Made by a program: the position numbers and the translations under genes. A stretch of 64,000 nucleotides of DNA from an uncultured Acidobacteriaceae bacterium (GTDB taxonomy: Bacteria; Acidobacteriota; Terriglobia; Terriglobales; Acidobacteriaceae), in contig CAZLJQ010000004.1 in assembly GCA_964559875.1 (NCBI GenBank), positions 5,820-69,819 on the forward strand, read 5' to 3'. This document shows, one piece after another, positions 9,695-19,719 of this stretch (position 1 is the stretch's first letter; each line of letters starts with the position of its first letter). The notes beneath the pieces are model-generated. The model ran no database searches and was not told where the DNA came from. It saw only the letters and a program-made list of their open reading frames with translations.

Positions 9695-9994
9695 CTAGGC
9701 CGCCACCGTCTTCCGTGGGCGAACACTGCCAATATCCGCTTTGCTCTTGGCTATGCGGAGGTCGTAATCAGCCTGCAGGTTCATCCACGTCTGTGCGTCC
9801 GTGCCAAAGTACCGGCCTAGGCGAAGAGCAGTGTCCGCTGTCACGGCGCGACGCTCCCGCACAATATCGTTCACCCGGGGAATTGAGATATGCAGCTCCT
9901 TCGCGAGCTGGTACGCAGTGAGCCCAAAAGGCTTCATGAATTCCTCACGCAGTACCTCGCCCGGATGGATAGCAAAAACCTTTTTCTTGACCAT
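9695..9994 (-). CDS. higA: HigA-family antitoxin (XRE HTH)
   Basis: IHPGEVLREEFMKPFGLTAYQLAKELHISIPRVNDIVRERRAVTADTALRLGRYFGT is the typical HigA/VapI HTH. It lies downstream of the toxin gene, which is the higBA gene order. Confidence 0.85.
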   Translation of the reverse strand: MVKKKVFAIHPGEVLREEFMKPFGLTAYQLAKELHISIPRVNDIVRERRAVTADTALRLGRYFGTDAQTWMNLQADYDLRIAKSKADIGSVRPRKTVAA

Positions 9995-10006
9995 TTCGCT
10001 TCTCCT

Positions 10007-10288
10007 TCAGTGGTAGTCCACCATCTCGACAACATAGGCGTCGGTACCGGCCCACTCGAAGCACAGTCTGAATTGGTCGTTGATGCGAATGCTGTGCTGT
10101 CCTTCACGGTCGCCCGTCAGCGCTTCAAGGTGATTTCCTGGAGGAAAACGGAGATACTCGAAGCTCGTTGCCGCGTTCAACCACGCCAGCTTCCGGCCAA
10201 CTACCGCCCGCAAGTTCGCCGGAATCCGGCGGCTTTTGCCCGACTCCCAGAACCGCTCCAGATCGGCGTCCTTGAAGGACCTAATCAT
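10007..10288 (-). CDS. higB: HigB-family toxin (RelE/ParE superfamily, plasmid-maintenance killer protein)
   Basis: MIRSFKDADLERFWESGKSRRIPANL...LEALTGDREGQHSIRINDQFRLCFEW matches the killer-protein pattern. There is a 12-nt gap to higA. Confidence 0.85.
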   Translation of the reverse strand: MIRSFKDADLERFWESGKSRRIPANLRAVVGRKLAWLNAATSFEYLRFPPGNHLEALTGDREGQHSIRINDQFRLCFEWAGTDAYVVEMVDYH

Positions 10289-10298
10289 TGGCACCATA

Positions 10299-10331
10299 GT
10301 AACGCATGGCGTTCATAACGTCATGCGTTAT
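10299..10331. promoter_or_regulatory. Nested palindromes (TAACGCATG ... CATGCGTTA), candidate higBA operator/promoter
   Basis: The 9-bp arms at 10300-10308 and 10322-10330 are exact reverse complements, and the 13-nt spacer holds extra AACG/CGTT half-sites. The element lies directly upstream of the higB start and overlaps a TACTAT -10-like box on the minus strand. Confidence 0.45.
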
Positions 10332-10763
10332 TTCGAACTCCGCGCAACCATTACTCACCCAGTCACCCTCCAATTTTCAACGATTGCCCATCCAGTTACT
10401 CATACTGCACCAAACACAGTGCAAATCCCTCAAAACACCATTTTTCATCTTCTCCGGAATGCTTTCGAAAACGCATTTTTCACCTTCAAAACAGCCGATT
10501 TCTGCCTAAAACCGTCCACTTTGCGCACCTTGTCAAGCTTTTTTCTTGGAGCATTCCACCTAACCATCTGATTCAACACCAGATAGAGTCAATCTCAAAA
10601 TGACGGAATTACCATCTAATTTTGCTACTCTGGAAATAGGAGCACGAAGGCGCTGCGCCTTCAGATGTACTGGAAACGCTCGGAGACTCCTATATAACTA
10701 TCTTGTTTTCAAATTTTTAGCAGGAAATATAGGAGGGGGTATGGTCAGTCAATTCTTGCGTTC

Positions 10764-11612
10764 TTAAGCCGCTTTTTGTCCCACAATCACCCGCGGAATT
10801 CCCGCCAGATCCGCGACCGAATGAACGTTTTTCCAGCCCTTAAGAAGCTCTATCACTGCCTTTTCCATCGAAAATCCAATTTCAATCAGCAGCCAGCCGC
10901 CCGGACGCAACGCCTCAAAAGCCTGCGGAATCAGCCTCCGAATCACATCGAGCCCTTCGTCTCCGGCAAAAACCGCCATGTGAGGCTCGTAATCCTTCAC
11001 CACTTCCTGCACCTTATCCGCTTCGTTCAGCCCAACATAAGGAGGATTTGAGACCACAAAGTCAAAGCTGCCATCGCGTGCAACCGCCTCCAAAACGTCG
11101 CTCCGGGCAAAGCAAACGCGCGCATGGAGCCGCTCGGCATTGCGTCGCGCCACGCAAAGCGCAGCCTCCGAGAGATCGACTGCGTGAACCTCGGCCTGCG
11201 GCAACTCGCGCGCCAGCGAAACGGCAATCGCGCCCGATCCCGTGCCAACGTCGATCAGCTTGAGAGGCTTTCCAGATGGGAATTTGCGGACCAGATCGAG
11301 GACCGCTTCGATGATGTGCTCAGTCTCGGGCCTTGGAATCAGCACTGCGGGCGAGACCAGGAAGTCGGCCTTCCAGAACTCCTGATGCCCCGTAAGATAC
11401 TGCAAAGGCTCGCCCGAAGCACGCCGCGAGGCCAGCCGATCATACTCAGCCTGCTCTGCTTCGCTCAGCTCGCGCTCGGGATGTGCAAACAGATACGCGC
11501 GGTCGCAGCCCAGCACATGGAAGATCAGCACCTCCGCGCTGATGCGCGGCTCCTCGATCCCTGAGGTTTCGAGTTGCGCGATAGCCGAGTGAAGCGCCTG
11601 CCTGAGTTGCAC
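10764..11612 (-). CDS. prmC: Release-factor glutamine N5-methyltransferase
   Basis: SAM motif (IDVGTGSGAIAV) and the catalytic NPPY (VVSNPPYV). It lies downstream of prfA. Confidence 0.9.
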   Translation of the reverse strand: MQLRQALHSAIAQLETSGIEEPRISAEVLIFHVLGCDRAYLFAHPERELSEAEQAEYDRLASRRASGEPLQYLTGHQEFWKADFLVSPAVLIPRPETEHIIEAVLDLVRKFPSGKPLKLIDVGTGSGAIAVSLARELPQAEVHAVDLSEAALCVARRNAERLHARVCFARSDVLEAVARDGSFDFVVSNPPYVGLNEADKVQEVVKDYEPHMAVFAGDEGLDVIRRLIPQAFEALRPGGWLLIEIGFSMEKAVIELLKGWKNVHSVADLAGIPRVIVGQKAA

Positions 11613-11651
11613 GAGTGTATTGTACGTCGTGCGTCGCGGGCGCAGCTTGCC

Positions 11652-12728
<1,077 letters not shown>

Positions 12729-12878
12729 GGTGTTCCTGAACTTTCAGGCCAGACGGAATGAACACGCCGCAGCCGGAGAAATGGATTCAGATGTAACGGG
12801 TGACGAGCAAGCAGGCTGGCGGGCACCGCTAAAGGTGACGCTGGGAGGCAAGACGTGAGAGGCTGGCAGCGACGGTAA

Positions 12879-13868
12879 TCATGCGATCACCAGTTCCCCG
12901 CCCTGCCGTTGTTCGAGTTCCATCGCATGGTTCAAGGCGACGATGGCGCACTCTACCTGGGTGTCGTCAGGTGGTTGGGTGGTAATGCGCTGCAGCCAGA
13001 GTCCGGGAGCAGTCATGAGAGCAAAGAGCGACGAGCGCCTTCTGGCTGCATAGCGAATGATCTCATAGGAGCCGCCAGCAATCAGCGGCAGCAGGACGAT
13101 GCGCGAGGCAAACCCCATCCAGAATCCATGCACCGGGACCAGCGCGTAAACAGCGATCGAGATGATCATGACAGTCATCAGAAAGCTGGTGCCGCAGCGC
13201 GGATGATAGGTGGAGTAAGGTTGCACGCACTCGGCGGTGAGCGGGGCGTGACTCTCGTAGGCGAACACGGTCTTATGCTCGGCGCCGTGGTACTGGTAGA
13301 CGCGGCGAATGTCGCTCCAGCGCGAGGTAAGCCAGATGAACCCGAGGAAAATGATAAGGCGGATGACGCCTTCAACCAGAGCGAAGAGCACGGTGTTGGC
13401 AGTCTGCGGGGCCAAGTGGCGTAGTGAGCGCGCAGCCGCGTATGGCAAGAACTTGTACATGAAGATGAAGAAACCGAGCGAGAGTGTGATGTTGAGGGCC
13501 GCAACCCAGCCACTCATTTCGAGCTTTTCACCGCCGGCGGTCTTTTCGTCTTCCATGGCCACATCCGCCGAATAACGCAGGGCCTTAAAGCCAAGCACCA
13601 TGGCGGAGCCCAGGGTGACGATTCCGCGAATAAAGGGCCACCCCTTCCAGGGACTCTTGTCACTGGGCTTTGTGAGCGGCTCGGAATGCACCGCAAGCTT
13701 CCCGTCAGGCTTGCGAATCGCAATACCCCAGGCGTGCGGCGAGCGCATCATAACGCCTTCCAGCACGGCCTGCCCACCAACGAGAGCCTCCTCGGCGCTT
13801 TCCAGTGCGAGGGAAAGCTGCAGGGCTGTGTGAAAGCGCAAATGCGAGCGGAGAGACATCATTCTCAT
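12879..13868 (-). CDS. DUF1385-family membrane protein (YqhQ-like)
   Basis: GGQAVLEGVMMRSPHAWGIAIRKPDGKL plus HGAEHKTV motifs and four TM segments. The position next to prfA-prmC is conserved. The start is set at the ATG at 13868 to avoid a 26-nt overlap with the GGDEF gene; 13967 remains possible. Confidence 0.75.
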   Translation of the reverse strand: MRMMSLRSHLRFHTALQLSLALESAEEALVGGQAVLEGVMMRSPHAWGIAIRKPDGKLAVHSEPLTKPSDKSPWKGWPFIRGIVTLGSAMVLGFKALRYSADVAMEDEKTAGGEKLEMSGWVAALNITLSLGFFIFMYKFLPYAAARSLRHLAPQTANTVLFALVEGVIRLIIFLGFIWLTSRWSDIRRVYQYHGAEHKTVFAYESHAPLTAECVQPYSTYHPRCGTSFLMTVMIISIAVYALVPVHGFWMGFASRIVLLPLIAGGSYEIIRYAARRRSSLFALMTAPGLWLQRITTQPPDDTQVECAIVALNHAMELEQRQGGELVIA

Positions 13869-13941
13869 TAGACGCAGAAATGGGACGGAAGAACCAGAGA
13901 GCGGATTCCTTATTAAGCGTAAGATGAGCGGGCGGGCGGTG

Positions 13942-15462
13942 TCAAACACCGGGCGACGGCGCGGCATCGTTGGGCAAAAGCAAGTTTTCGGTAGAGGAAA
14001 CGCCGCCTATGCTGGCGAGGCAGACTCGGTTGCGTCCTGCTTCCTTGGCGACGTAGAGGGCGGTGTCTGCGGCACCCACAATGTCATCGCGGGTGATACC
14101 GTGGGCCGGGAACTCGGCAACGCCAATGCTGACGGTGATCGCGTAAGGAATTTCGCTAAACTGGGCGTTGGCGACGGCGCGGCGAAGCTTATCGGCCACA
14201 GAAGCGGCGCTGGCACCTTGGGTGGCCGGCAGAATGACGGTAAATTCTTCACCACCATACCGACAGACCACATCGACCTTACGGAGTTGACGAACGAATA
14301 CCGCAGAGACGGCGCGAAGAACATCGTCCCCTAACATGTGTCCGAACTCGTCGTTGATTTTCTTGAAGTGGTCCAGATCGATCATGAGAAGGCTGACGCC
14401 TCCGCCGTAGCGGGCGGCGCGGGTGATTTCTTCAACGAGACGGGACTCAAAATAGCGGCGATTGAAGACGCCGGTGAGTCCGTCGCGATATGCAAGCTGA
14501 CGCACCTTGTCCACGTAGCGTGCGTTCTGGGTGGCCGTAGCCAGAATATCGGCCACCGACTCTAACGCTTGAATGTCATTGGCCAGGAACGCCTTTCGCT
14601 GAGTGGTGGCGCAGGCCAGAAGCCCAATATCTTCGCCGAACGAGACTAATGGAAGGCAGACCTCCTCGCAGCCGGTAGGAAAGCAGCCAGCGGGGCAGAG
14701 CGAGGGATCGCCGGAATAGGGGTTATGGCCACCATCGCTCAGAGTGCACGCGGAGCCATGGGGTAGTACATCACCCACCTTAAACTTCCCGGGCAGAGTG
14801 CCTTGCTGAGCACGCAGGATAAGATTGCCATCTTCGTCGCGAAGAAAGATGGAAACATTTTCTACCGGAAACGACTGCGGAAGCTGGGTACAGAGACGAT
14901 CAAGGAGTTCCTTGAGGTCGAGTTCCACAGTGGTGCGTTTCGCGATTGCGTTAATGGCCTCTAGTTGTGCCGCGCGCCGCTGTAGCATGGAGTATAGCTT
15001 GGCGTTCTGCAAGCCGATGGAAGCCTGTGTGGCAAAAAGCGTGAGCAGGTCTACGGTTTCATTATCGAAATATTCGGGACGATCGCTGTGGCAGTCGAGC
15101 ACGCCGACGACCTCATCGCGCACCATGAGAGGGATGGCGAGTTCAGAGCGTGTGGTGGTGATCTTACCCAAGTAGCGTGGATCGAGAGTTACATCCGGAG
15201 AATAGATCGGGCGCCGAGCCTTGGCTGCGGTTCCAGTGATGCCCTTGCCGAACGGAACAAAAAAATCCTGAGACGAATAAGAGTCACCGAAATGAGCGCG
15301 AACGGACAACTGCTGGGTTGATTCGTCGAGCAGCAGAATGCCGCCGCTTTGCAGATGAAAATAATCCTGGACGATAGCCAGGATCTGGTTGAGCACCTCG
15401 TCGAGTTCAAAGGTGGACAGTACCGCCTGACTGGCGTCGTAAAGAATGGCAACCCGTTGCAT
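13942..15462 (-). CDS. GAF-GAF-GGDEF diguanylate cyclase
   Basis: C-terminal GGDEF domain with an intact active site (RYGGEEF), preceded by LTGVFNRRYF, and two N-terminal GAF-like domains. The start is uncertain: ATG at 15462 or TTG at 15501. Confidence 0.85.
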   Translation of the reverse strand: MQRVAILYDASQAVLSTFELDEVLNQILAIVQDYFHLQSGGILLLDESTQQLSVRAHFGDSYSSQDFFVPFGKGITGTAAKARRPIYSPDVTLDPRYLGKITTTRSELAIPLMVRDEVVGVLDCHSDRPEYFDNETVDLLTLFATQASIGLQNAKLYSMLQRRAAQLEAINAIAKRTTVELDLKELLDRLCTQLPQSFPVENVSIFLRDEDGNLILRAQQGTLPGKFKVGDVLPHGSACTLSDGGHNPYSGDPSLCPAGCFPTGCEEVCLPLVSFGEDIGLLACATTQRKAFLANDIQALESVADILATATQNARYVDKVRQLAYRDGLTGVFNRRYFESRLVEEITRAARYGGGVSLLMIDLDHFKKINDEFGHMLGDDVLRAVSAVFVRQLRKVDVVCRYGGEEFTVILPATQGASAASVADKLRRAVANAQFSEIPYAITVSIGVAEFPAHGITRDDIVGAADTALYVAKEAGRNRVCLASIGGVSSTENLLLPNDAAPSPGV

Positions 15463-15512
15463 AGTGATCCCAAAGAACGACGAAGTCGAGGGAAGTTCCA
15501 AACAATATTACA

Positions 15513-15722
15513 TCAGCGACGGGGGCGAGCTGTCTTTTTGTGTCGGTACCAAAGTTCCAGAATACCCATTACTACAAGGCAAAACCAAAAGTCGACCACG
15601 AGACCCAAATCGAGTCCGGCAGTGTTGTGGCGCGCAGCTGGCGGAAGGAAACGCGAACAGGCGAAGTAGAGCGCATTGCCGATCAAAACCGCCGCCAGCG
15701 ATCTCCAGAAGTTTCCGGGCAC
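15513..15722 (-). CDS. Possible small two-TM membrane protein (hypothetical)
   Basis: 69-codon ORF with two hydrophobic helices (FWRSLAAVLIGNALYFACSRFL; LGLVVDFWFCLVVMGILELWY) and a basic tail. It is co-directional with and abuts the GGDEF gene. It has a GTG start and no clear RBS. Confidence 0.3.
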   Translation of the reverse strand: MPGNFWRSLAAVLIGNALYFACSRFLPPAARHNTAGLDLGLVVDFWFCLVVMGILELWYRHKKTARPRR

Positions 15723-15805
15723 AACTATTTTGACACCGATGGGAAGTGAAAAGTTGGCAGCGCGGAGAACGCGCGGAGGACCCTGGCAGCCCAGAATGCG
15801 TTACC

Positions 15806-17968
15806 ATGCGAGGCATGCCGGAACTCGATACCGAAGTCCAGTTCTTGAAGGGCATTGGCCCCAGAGTGGCCGAGACCCTGGCCAACAAGGGCATTTGCAC
15901 CCTGGAAGACCTCCTTTACTACCTGCCATTCCGCTATGAAGACCGCATCAATCCGAGAAGCATTGAACAGTTGCAGCCGGGAGAGATGGCCTCGGTGATT
16001 GCCGAGGTTCGCACGAGTGGCCTGTTCCGGACCCGGCGCATGCCAATCTTTGAGATGACGGTGGGTCAGGGTCGAAGCAAGCTGAAGTGTCTATGGTTCC
16101 ACGGTGGCTACCTCGAGGGAAGGTTCAAACCAGGTTCGCTGGTGGCGCTCTACGGGAAGGTCGAGTTTTCGAGCTTTGGCCGCGGCGGATTGCAAATGCT
16201 GCAGCCGCAGTTCGAGATATTGCACGAACCGGCCGGTGAGGGCGAAACGGAGACCGAGCGGGAGGAACAGAAGCGCTTTGAATCTCTCGAAACTGGACGC
16301 ATCGTGCCCATTTACGAAGCGGCAGGAAAGCTCAACGCACGCTGGTTCCGGAGGGTGATCCGGACGGCGCTGGAGCAGATGCCGCCCGAAATATCCGACG
16401 CGATTCCAGCGGCAATTCGCGGGCGGGTGGGACTGATTCCACGGGCAGAGGCCTTTTGGCACGTGCACTGGCCGGATGAGGGAGAGAGCTTTGCAGACTT
16501 GCAGGCGGCGCGTACCCCGGCGCACCAGCGGCTGATCTTCGAGGAGCTGTTTTTCCTTGAGCTCGGCTTGGAACTGAAGCGACGCAAGGCACGGATGCAA
16601 CTGGGCATCAGCTTTCAGATCAATAACTTAGTGCGAGCGGCGCTCAAACGGGTACTACCTTTCCATCCCACGCGAGCACAGAAGCAGGTACTGAAAGAGA
16701 TAGCCGAGGACATGGCGCGAGCCTCCCCGATGCGGCGTCTGTTGCAGGGCGACGTGGGCTCGGGCAAAACGATCGTGGCCTTCGAGGCGGCTACGGTGGC
16801 AATGGAGAACGGCTACCAAGTGGTATTGATGGCCCCAACGGAGATTCTGGCCACCCAACATTATCTTTCTGCGCGGCAAATCCTGGAGCCGGCCGGCTAT
16901 CGGGTGGTGCTGCTGACCGGATCGCTCGAAGAGGAACGCAAGCGCGCAATCCGCAACCATTTGGGGCGCGGACACGCACAGATGGTGATTGGCACACATG
17001 CGTTGCTGGAAGACAAAGTGGAGTTCGAGCGCCTGGGGCTGGTGATTGTGGATGAGCAACACCGTTTTGGAGTGATGCAGCGGATGAAACTGATGCGCAA
17101 GAACAGCGAGGTGCAGCCCGACGTGCTGGTGATGACGGCCACCCCAATTCCACGCACGTTGGCGTTAACCCTGTACGGCGATCTGGATGTGAGCGTGATC
17201 GACGAGTTGCCGCCGGGACGCACTCCGGTGAGCACCCGGGTACTGGCAGACGAGCGCGCCGAGGAAGTCTGGGAGTTCGTGCGCAAAGTGGTCTCGGGCG
17301 GACAGCAGGCTTACGTCGTCTATCCGGTGATTGAGGAAAACGAAAAAGATACAGGACTGAAGGCAGCGATCAAGATGCATGACGAGCTGCGCAAAAAGAA
17401 GTTTCCGGAGTTGAAGCTGGGATTGCTGCACGGTCGCATGAGCGCCGAGGAAAAAGACAACATCATGCGGCGCTTTAAGGACGGCGAGTTTCACATTCTG
17501 GTTGCGACCACGGTAATCGAAGTGGGCGTGGATGTTGCTAACGCGACAGTGATGGTGATCGAACACGCGGAGCGCTTTGGGCTCTCGCAACTGCACCAGC
17601 TGCGTGGACGCATCGGCCGGGGCAGCGCGAAGTCTTACTGCTTGCTGATGACCGGGGGCAAGGTCAGTGAGGAAGCACAGCAGCGGCTTGACGCCATGGC
17701 CAACACCTGCAATGGCTTTGAAATTGCAGAAAAGGACCTGGAGTTGCGCGGCCCAGGCGAGTTCTTTGGAACACGACAGACGGGCATGCCGAGCCTGCGG
17801 GTGGCAAATCTGATTCGCGATCGCAAGCTGCTGGAACTGGCCAAAAGCGAAGCTCGCGGGTTGGTGGAAGCAAGTCCCGGCGATGTGTCGGCGGAGGAAA
17901 AGCGGGCGGCCGTGCGGTATCTGAGGATGCACTGGAACCGGCGTTATGGACTGGTGGAAGTGGGATAA
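15806..17968 (+). CDS. recG: ATP-dependent DNA helicase RecG
   Basis: Wedge/OB N-terminus, Walker A (GDVGSGKT), DEQH box (VDEQHRFG) and the motif VI region QLHQLRGRIGRG. The start is at the ATG at 15806 or 15815. Confidence 0.9.
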   Translation: MRGMPELDTEVQFLKGIGPRVAETLANKGICTLEDLLYYLPFRYEDRINPRSIEQLQPGEMASVIAEVRTSGLFRTRRMPIFEMTVGQGRSKLKCLWFHGGYLEGRFKPGSLVALYGKVEFSSFGRGGLQMLQPQFEILHEPAGEGETETEREEQKRFESLETGRIVPIYEAAGKLNARWFRRVIRTALEQMPPEISDAIPAAIRGRVGLIPRAEAFWHVHWPDEGESFADLQAARTPAHQRLIFEELFFLELGLELKRRKARMQLGISFQINNLVRAALKRVLPFHPTRAQKQVLKEIAEDMARASPMRRLLQGDVGSGKTIVAFEAATVAMENGYQVVLMAPTEILATQHYLSARQILEPAGYRVVLLTGSLEEERKRAIRNHLGRGHAQMVIGTHALLEDKVEFERLGLVIVDEQHRFGVMQRMKLMRKNSEVQPDVLVMTATPIPRTLALTLYGDLDVSVIDELPPGRTPVSTRVLADERAEEVWEFVRKVVSGGQQAYVVYPVIEENEKDTGLKAAIKMHDELRKKKFPELKLGLLHGRMSAEEKDNIMRRFKDGEFHILVATTVIEVGVDVANATVMVIEHAERFGLSQLHQLRGRIGRGSAKSYCLLMTGGKVSEEAQQRLDAMANTCNGFEIAEKDLELRGPGEFFGTRQTGMPSLRVANLIRDRKLLELAKSEARGLVEASPGDVSAEEKRAAVRYLRMHWNRRYGLVEVG

Positions 17969-18106
17969 CAGGGCTGCCGGGGTGGGACAGAGAATCGAAG
18001 AGGCGCGGTCATTTCGACAATCTGCCATTCTCGACAGGCAGTTTTTGCGTTGCGCCGGGAAGCACAGGCGGGCAATTGTCCCTGTGTTTCGTGTACGCTG
18101 GAGGGC

Positions 18107-18487
18107 ATGATTGCTGGCATTGGAGTGGATCTGTGCGAGGTGGACCGGATGGAAACGGCGATTGTGCGGCATGGTGAGCGCTTGCTGACGCGCATCTATA
18201 CAGAAGCCGAGCGCGCTTATTGCGAATCAAAGCCAAATCGCATGGAGCGCTATGCCGGACGATTTGCCGCTAAAGAAGCTGCAATGAAGGCGATTGGAAC
18301 GGGATGGCGGAGGGGAGTTGGATGGCGCGATTTCGAGGTGACACGTGCCGCGAGCGGCCAGCCAATCATTCTCTTCCACGGAGTGGCGCGGAGAATTGCC
18401 GGTGAGCTGGGTGTGACGCGAGCACTGGTTTCGATCTCCCACACAAAGAGCATGGCAATAGCACAAGTAGTGCTGGAGGCGGAGTGA
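18107..18487 (+). CDS. acpS: Holo-[acyl-carrier-protein] synthase
   Basis: MIAGIGVDLCEVDRM N-terminus, FAAKEAAMKA and a GGAGGG RBS 3 nt upstream of the ATG. Confidence 0.85.
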   Translation: MIAGIGVDLCEVDRMETAIVRHGERLLTRIYTEAERAYCESKPNRMERYAGRFAAKEAAMKAIGTGWRRGVGWRDFEVTRAASGQPIILFHGVARRIAGELGVTRALVSISHTKSMAIAQVVLEAE

Positions 18488-18555
18488 GGCGCGGGCGGCG
18501 GGTGAATTTCGGAGCAGGTTTGTTATGATTCCATTCAGTTGCGATTGGAGAAACC

Positions 18556-19641
18556 GTGCCTAGTCAGAAGCAACTTCACTGGGCTCAGCTTCGAGTGGGG
18601 CTGACCGTCGTATTCGCCGCCGTAGTCTTGGCGTTCCTCGTCTTTTTGATGAGTGGCACGACAGGGTTGTTTACCCCAACGCTGCACTATGTCTGCTACA
18701 CGGACAGTGCAGGCGGCCTGCGCAATGGCGCACCGGTGCGGTTGCAGAGCGTCGATATCGGGAATGTGGAGAAGATCCGGATCATAAATCATCATGATGC
18801 GACCGGCGCAAGCACGCCGGTGGAGATCGTCATGAAGGTGAACGCGAAGTTTCAACCGTTCATCCATACCGATTCGCAGGTACTGCTCTCGACAGCCGGC
18901 GTGCTAGGCGAAACGTTCATCAATATTGATTCGACACAAGCCAAGGGAGCCGTGGCATCGAATAACTCCGAACTGCTTTCAAAGGAAGTGCCGGACATTC
19001 AGGATGTGGTTCGCTCCTCGCAGTCTACGTTGCAAAACGTAAACATCTTAGTCAGCCGGCTGGACCGCATTGTGACCGCGGTGGAAGATCAGAAGGGTTC
19101 GGTTGGAAAGCTGATCTACGACAAGCAACTCTACGACAACCTGAACAGTTCGGTAGCACAAGTCAACGGGATGCTCAACGACATCAACAATGGGCGCGGC
19201 AGCCTAGGTAAGTTGATCAACGACGACACGTTGTACACGCGGGCCAGCGCCACCATTGACAAGTTGAACTCAATCGCCGACAGCGCAGACAGCGGCAACG
19301 GAACGCTGGGTAAACTGATTCACGATCCATCGCTGTATGACAACGCCAATCAAACGCTGGCGAAGGCGAATCAACTGATGGACGGGATCAATCGCGGGGA
19401 AGGCGGACTCGGTAAGTTTGCCAAGGACCCGGTGTTCGCAAAAAAGCTTGATCTTCTGGTCACAAACTTGTCGACGATCTCGGCAGAGTTGCAAGGCGGA
19501 CAAGGTACGGCAGGTAAACTGCTAAAAGATCCCGCGCTCTATAACAACGCCAATCAGATGTTGGTGGACAGCCGTGGGCTAATCACTGCGTTCCGCGAGA
19601 ATCCAAAGAAGTACCTGAGCATCAAATTGCATATCTTTTAG
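18556..19641 (+). CDS. MlaD/MCE-domain protein with a five-unit C-terminal repeat
   Basis: TM anchor, then an MCE domain (SAGGLRNGAPVRLQSVDIGNVEKIRI), then five roughly 34-aa units built on G-x-x-GKLI-x-D-x-x-LY (GSVGKLIYDKQLY, GSLGKLINDDTLY, GTLGKLIHDPSLY, GGLGKFAKDPVF, GTAGKLLKDPALY). Confidence 0.75.
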   Translation: MPSQKQLHWAQLRVGLTVVFAAVVLAFLVFLMSGTTGLFTPTLHYVCYTDSAGGLRNGAPVRLQSVDIGNVEKIRIINHHDATGASTPVEIVMKVNAKFQPFIHTDSQVLLSTAGVLGETFINIDSTQAKGAVASNNSELLSKEVPDIQDVVRSSQSTLQNVNILVSRLDRIVTAVEDQKGSVGKLIYDKQLYDNLNSSVAQVNGMLNDINNGRGSLGKLINDDTLYTRASATIDKLNSIADSADSGNGTLGKLIHDPSLYDNANQTLAKANQLMDGINRGEGGLGKFAKDPVFAKKLDLLVTNLSTISAELQGGQGTAGKLLKDPALYNNANQMLVDSRGLITAFRENPKKYLSIKLHIF

Positions 19642-19668
19642 CCAGGGAATGATTCGGTTCACAGGGTG

Positions 19669-19693
19669 GCCTGCGCACGTCGCAGGCTTTTCC
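19669..19693 (+). terminator. Intrinsic terminator after the MlaD-like gene
   Basis: GCCTGCG-CACGT-CGCAGGC (7-bp stem) followed by TTTTCC. Confidence 0.6.
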
Positions 19694-19719
19694 GTGTGCG
19701 GCAGGAGTCGCCGCTGCTC

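Noticed and set aside
10236-10571. 111-aa and 67-aa plus-strand ORFs in the AT-rich tract
   Set aside because: The longer one begins inside higB on the opposite strand. Neither has an RBS. Their repetitive HPVT peptide merely reflects a DNA direct repeat. Not credible as genes.
17165-18172. 335-aa minus-strand ORF
   Set aside because: It is antisense to the recG 3' half and the recG-acpS spacer. It has no recognisable domains and shadow-ORF composition.
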